A program made the position numbers and the translations under genes. This document shows, one piece after another, positions 57,598 through 63,229 of a stretch of DNA of 63,229 nucleotides (the stretch's first letter is position 1; each line of letters opens with the position of its first letter). The DNA is from Aplysia californica (taxonomy: Eukaryota): the NCBI RefSeq assembly GCF_000002075.1, contig NW_004797581.1, positions 62,001-125,229 of the forward strand, read 5' to 3'. A model generated the notes under the pieces. It saw nothing but the letters and a program-made list of their open reading frames with translations, was not told where the DNA came from and made no database searches.

Positions 57598-59826
57598 TGC
57601 AACTGCATAAGGTCATATGGTCGCGCGAAATAAGTTGGGTTTTTTTTCGAAATAGCTCACTGCTCGGCCTGATTCTTGTCAATATTAAATTACTAATTAA
57701 ACATTTTTTAAACGCAAAAAATCGAGTGTAAATAGATTTTTATAAAACAACTTTCTAAATAACACTGAAAAGTTTCAAACACAGGGTTGGTGATTTTTTT
57801 GATTTTTTAAATAATTTTTAAAAATCGATTTTAAAAAATTTAAATCAGATTTTTTTTATTTTTAAAAAAATGTCGAGTTTGGGATTTTTGGTGGCTAAAA
57901 GTATGATCTTTTAGTGCAGAATGCATTGTCTGTATTTTAACTAATGATTAATATAAGCAACTGCAAAAGAAAGCCTTAATCTGCTATTATCAGTGAATTA
58001 TGGCTACAGACAAAAAATGAAGAAAATGTCAGTCTAAAAGGAAAGGGGGGAAGGGGGTAATTATGTATAGATAAACTTGTATTTTATTACAGTGTGCGTG
58101 TGTGTGTGCGCGCGCTTGTGTTTGTCTAAAAAGAAAAAGAAAATGCTAATTTCAATTATGAAAAAAAAGTAAATTGAATACTGTATTAATTTACTACTTA
58201 CAGTGACAGGGGGGAAAGCAGACTTTTAAGCATGATTATATTAGTCTACTAAACCTTATATCTGTTTTATAAAACCAAGGAAAGGAATTCTGAATGTTTA
58301 AAGACGTAAAAACAATACATTTTTTTAAAGTGATTGAAATCACTGAGGTTTATTTTTAAAATCAAGTTGATTTAAATTTTTAAAAATCAACTGATTTAAA
58401 TCAACCCAACCCTGGTTTTCAATTATGAAAAGAAAGAAAATTGAATACTGTATTATTTTACAGTGACAGGGGGGAAAGCAGACTTTTAAGCATTACTTTA
58501 TTAGTCTACTAAACCTTATATCTGTTAAATAAAACCAAAGAAAGGAATTCTGAATGTTTAAATATGTAAAAACAGAATACATTTTAAAAAAGTGATTTAA
58601 ATCACAAAATCAAGTTGATTAAAATAAAAAAATCAACTGATTTAAATCAACCCAGCTCTGATTTCAATTATGGGGAAAAAAGTAAAATGAATACTGTATT
58701 ATTTTACAGTGAAAGCAGACTTTTAAGCATGATTATAATAGTGTACTAAACCTTATATCTGTTTTATGAAACCTAGAAAAGGAATTCTGAATGTTGAAAT
58801 ATGTAAAAACTGAATAAAAATAAATTTAAAAAAAAGTGATTTAAATCACTGATTTTTATTTTAAAAATCAAGTTGATTTAAATTTAAAAAATCAACTGAT
58901 TTAAATCAACCCAACCCTGTTCAAACAATCAATTTCTATAACTTCCCATAAAGGCCAATGGCCTTCATAAAATCTAAAAGTCTGGGAACAACGACGGAAA
59001 AAATATCTTTCAATTTTTTTTAAAATTTAAAGTATTTCCTTCGGGTCTCTCCGAAGTCTTAGACATTCGGTTAAAATGAGTCTAATGGTAAAATCTGTGT
59101 CACATCCAACACAGAACGGCTTCTCATCTCCCTGAAGGAGGTATTTGTGTGTTAGGGCCATGTGTCCGATGTGTAATCAAGTAAAAATGACTTCGTCTCT
59201 TCTGGAGAGGTCCGAAGGATTTCGCGGTCCCAGTTTGGGTTTAATATTATGGAGTTCGTTAATGTTATTTGTTTTGTTTTTTCCAGTGGCTCTCCCAGTC
59301 TGGAAGTGTACTTTTTTACTTTATTTTTAAAAGTCAGTCGTTGATCCAACAGAAGGGATAAGGATTTCTTCTCCAGGTCATCTACCCTCTCGCTTCCTCG
59401 GATGCCCACATGGCTAGGTATCCATGCGAACACAATACTTTTCCCTGTTTCAGTCAAGGCGTGTATTTTCTGTTGTAACCTATTTTTGGGTGTAGGAGAG
59501 TGTAGTTTGTGAGTGAGGTGATGCAAGACACAGTCAGAAAGGATAAGGAAAGATTTGTTAGGAGAATTTTCTACGGAGTCCAGTGCCATGTCAATGGCAC
59601 TGGACTCCGCAGAGAAAATGGAGGCTTCAGGATGGAGTCTCCCCTGGTGTGTACTGTTTGAAGATAGGGCTGCGGCGCCCACATCATTGTCTTTTTTGGA
59701 GTCATCTGTGAAGATAAGCTCTGCACCAGGGTATTTTTCTTCTATAAGTTTTTTGTATTCTACTCTAAATGTTTTGGTGTTTGTGCTTGCTTTGTCGTGT
59801 GTGGTCAGCTGTAAGTCTACAACGCA
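57598..59826 (-). mobile_element. 5'-truncated I-group (I/Nimb-like) LINE: RNase H, zinc knuckle and 3' UTR, split by a hAT MITE
   Basis: IFTDDSK, SIFSAESSAI, ILSDC, FAWIPSHVGIRGSERVD, then LLQGDEKPFCVGCD and FMKAIGLYGKL-stop (~58938); the UTR ends in CATATGACCTTATGCAGTTGC. Confidence 0.88.
57782..58919. mobile_element. hAT-type MITE with a triplicated right end
   Basis: TIR CAGGGTTGG / CCAACCCTG; 8-bp TSD TTCAAACA at 57774-57781 and 58920-58927; three ~250-bp internal units. Confidence 0.9.
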
Positions 59827-60441
59827 TTGCAAAAGAAACAGAGTGAAAGAGAAAGAAGAGGAAAAGACATTATTATTGATTAAGTACAACAACTGTAGAT
59901 GTACTTCTGCTTTTGACCACAGGGAGTGAATCTCCAGCCAGTGAGCAACAGAACGAGGTTAGTAAATTCAGTTAACCCAATCGCAACAGGGACAGCATCA
60001 CAAGGGACTATATTATACAATGACAAAAAGCACACAAATCAAAGAGACTAAAACCTGAACACACTTCTGGTTGATTCCATGCTTCATTTCTTTATTATTC
60101 GCTTCTCCCCTCAGTGCTCAGATTGTACCAATTGAGGGACATTTTCCAAAATACAAATCTTAATTTTCCTAGATAACACCCAAAAATGTACGAAATGCGT
60201 ACACTATTTCACACACCAGAGAAATAAACTGTGTGCCTCTCTATAACCAAGAATGGAATTTATTTACAAAAGGATCGAAATGCCAATCAAATTTCACACT
60301 AGCTGGTAAAGACTTACAGTAGTTCAATCTATATCATTTCTACCATCCAAACATTCACAACATCACTGAATTCAATACAATAGTCAGATGTTGCAAACAA
60401 ACACAATCACTGCCTGCTAGCTACCTCCTGGAGAAAATGAA

Positions 60442-60442
<1 letters not shown>

Positions 60443-60486
<44 letters not shown>
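60443..60486. repeat. Poly(A) tract
   Basis: Seen directly. Confidence 0.95.
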
Positions 60487-60501
<15 letters not shown>

Positions 60502-62111
60502 ACGCACTAAAACAGCACTCAGTTTTAAAACACAATTACCAACAACCATACCATTGCCCATTATTATAAATAAATATTATGTGTCGTGCGACAGTAATAA
60601 AACTTGTTACAGAATTACTTACAAGTTCACTTATGCTGACAGATGCCACCCACAAAGAAATCCCAAAATCATCAACTGATAAAACTAAATTTGAAAAGAG
60701 CACCAAAAAAAAATTTTAAAAAATCCCATCAATTTCCCATATCCCTGCACTGGATTAAAGAATAGAAAAAAAAACAACCCCATGACCAAAAAGGTAAATT
60801 GTAATGTAAGTAAAAGCAGAAATTTAATGAAATCTACTTTCACTCCGGCAGTGACATACAACTTGAGAGTGTATCTAGGGAAAAAATTATCCAATTTACT
60901 ACATGTAAAATATCTGTGCTAGGACAACTTGAACAAGCCAACAGCAATATACGACCCCAACTGCGAAGACTGCCCTGAAGTCTGCAAAGCAACCAGTGAG
61001 AATAATATCGTGGCAGCTGGCTGAAAACAGTCAAGGATTAGCCGCTAAAAAGCTCTCCCCTCACATTTCAGGAGTTAAAAAAAAACAACCCAAAAAACAT
61101 AAGCCGCCATAAGGTCAGCTCTACTCCACAGATCATCAGGCAAGGAGTCCCTCCTGTACACGAATGTTTCGGCCCCAAATCCTTGCAACATTCACAGGAG
61201 GGGGATGGGGCCACACCAGGTGATCAGGCTGGTGTTCCCAGGAGAAAGAGTGACCCATGACCCCCGACTTGCCCCGGCCTGCCTCCAGACATACTTTCTT
61301 CAACTGGTGAGCTTTTTCAGGAGAAACAGCACCTTTCGCAAGCACCAGTACACGACTGCTACTCTCAAAACATGAAATTGGAATGGGGGGAGAATAGCAT
61401 AATGACTTCCACAGAAGATTGCCAAAAACACGGTCCAATTTTTTTTTGGTTTAAATTACTTCAATAGAAAACTGAAAGCTAGGAGATGAATCCTAAATGT
61501 ATCCAAAAATCTAGTCAAAACCTCAACAGAATACACCTCGACTCAATTCTGATAAATTAAATAGGAACAAAGAAAGCACAGTTTGTAACCCATAAATTAC
61601 TAATGAATAGCTAACGCTCCCAAGCGCACGCAAAAATTTCTTCAAGTCTGGCAAACCTCACACATACACCAAAAGGAAAACTTAAATACAAGATGCATTC
61701 AGGGAAAAACACAAGCACACTTCATTCAACTGATTTTGATTCGTACAAGCATCAACCCTCACGCTAAGCATGCTGTCCTTTCACTTACAAGAAAATCATA
61801 CACACAAAATGCCAGATGTAAGTTCATTTTCTCATTGGAAATATTTACAAGCAAACCCCATTCACACTCACAGACACTCAGTCACACAGGCACATAGTTT
61901 CAGTTTCAACTGAAAGAATAAATATGCCCTGGACACACAACAAAACCACAAACGCTAAACAACGATCTGCCTCAGAGACCCAATTTCTCTCCTGTAAAAT
62001 ATTTCCCACATTGTACATGGGAGAACTGTTGGCGGTGAAGAGAGCACACTAGATCTGAGGAAAACAAAGAAAAATTACATCATTAGAAAAAAACAAACAC
62101 AATCCATGTGA

Positions 62112-62648
62112 TTTTTGTTTTGTTTTTTGGTAAGTGTTTTATGGAGCTCGCAATGCATAAGGTCATATATAAGCGCGCAGGACACATTAAACATTTGCGG
62201 TTGGTAGGGAATTTTGAATTTTGCTCGGGTGGCAGCCGAAGCCTACTCTTATCGATTTTAGACCACCAACTGATCTTTAACGTACGCAACTTGCACATGA
62301 GACCTCCGTAATTTTTCGCCCATGTCCGAGAGAAAGCTAGTTGTAGATCTTTCCGACCAAAAGATCAGGGGTATGGCTGAAAGGCAGCTGTTAGAAGGAG
62401 CTAAGGAGTAGCAGTAGAAAGACTGCAGAAGAAAGAAACAGGATCTCAAAGAAGCGGGCAAAGGAGATGAGGGGGCGGGGGCAGAAAGTGGAGACGAAAG
62501 CAAACGACAGAATATTGCTAGAGAGCAGGAAAGGAGGTGAAAGGAGACAATTTTACAGATGAACATTTTTCTGCGGCTACCCAGATTCGAACCCGGGACC
62601 TCCGAATGAGAGGCAAACACCTTAACCTCTAGGCCACAAGAGCCCCCC
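62112..62648 (-). mobile_element. tRNA-headed SINE family C (best-preserved copy)
   Basis: A box TGGCCTAGAGG, B box GGTTCGAATCT, shared stem-loop tail. Confidence 0.88.
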
Positions 62649-63070
62649 TCCACGTTAATCCTGAAAAAAAACCCCAACCCAACATCATAGAGCTCTAAAC
62701 CGACCCTGCAATACCATTCTTCTATGAACTTGCATAAATTTTTTCAAGAACATCATGAAGACCTGAATAAAATATAAATTGTTAACCATCTGCGTGCGGG
62801 TCGTGATGACTCATACTTCCCTTCCGCTCGTATCACGACATGAGAGTAGAAACTATACTGCTGACATGAGAATAGCCATTTTTTAAACTGCTGGTGACTA
62901 GTCCACTAGTGCAACGTTTATTAGTTCCGTTGGCCGCGCATTTGGGAGGTTTTTTTAATCAGATATTGTTCAGTTTTCAAAATGTTGGATTCGTCAGCTG
63001 ATTAGACCTGCATGTGAGCCTTGACCAGATTGTCTGAAAATTTTGCACACCCCCCCCCATAAGAGCTTTT

Positions 63071-63229
63071 GTAGTAGTAGTAGTATAAGGTTTTACGGCG
63101 CTCGCAACTGCTAAGGTCATATGAGCGCGCGAAACACAAGTTGTTCACCTCTGCGAAAGTTCACTTCACGACTGGTAACTAGTTTACTTTAAAATGCTAA
63201 AAAGTTAAAATATTCAAATTCGGTGTAAA
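63071..63229 (-). mobile_element. 3' end of another element with the shared tail (probably the same LINE group)
   Basis: Reverse strand reads GCGCTCATATGACCTTAGCAGTTGCGAGCGCCGTAAAACCTTA(TAC)n; adjacent bases resemble 57620-57665. Confidence 0.75.

Noticed and set aside
61136-61438. 100-aa minus-strand ORF
   Set aside because: No recognisable domain, no ATG start and no convincing acceptor.

Overview
Eukaryotic, AT-rich, repeat-dense animal DNA. The repeat landscape suggests a lophotrochozoan such as a gastropod, but that is inference. There are three assembly gaps. Bases 17-38954 (+) hold the last 24 coding exons of an SMCR8 orthologue (longin/DENN subunit of the C9orf72-SMCR8-WDR41 complex). 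I reconstructed them by hand: all introns are GT-AG, phases are consistent, and the exons total 3240 nt (1079 aa plus stop); the N-terminus lies upstream of the window. Introns and the 3' flank carry RTE and I-group LINE relics, several SINE families, and Tc1/mariner-pogo, piggyBac-like and hAT-type MITEs. Bases ~48.5-59.8 kb are a nest: a ~210-bp satellite arranged as two oppositely oriented arrays, invaded by a hAT-type element and a decayed AcademX transposon, and abutting an RNase H-encoding LINE. The most interesting signal is a set of three short retroposon families, two of them without a recognisable Pol III head. They share one covarying 3' stem-loop tail with that LINE, and all 13 headless copies lie on the + strand.
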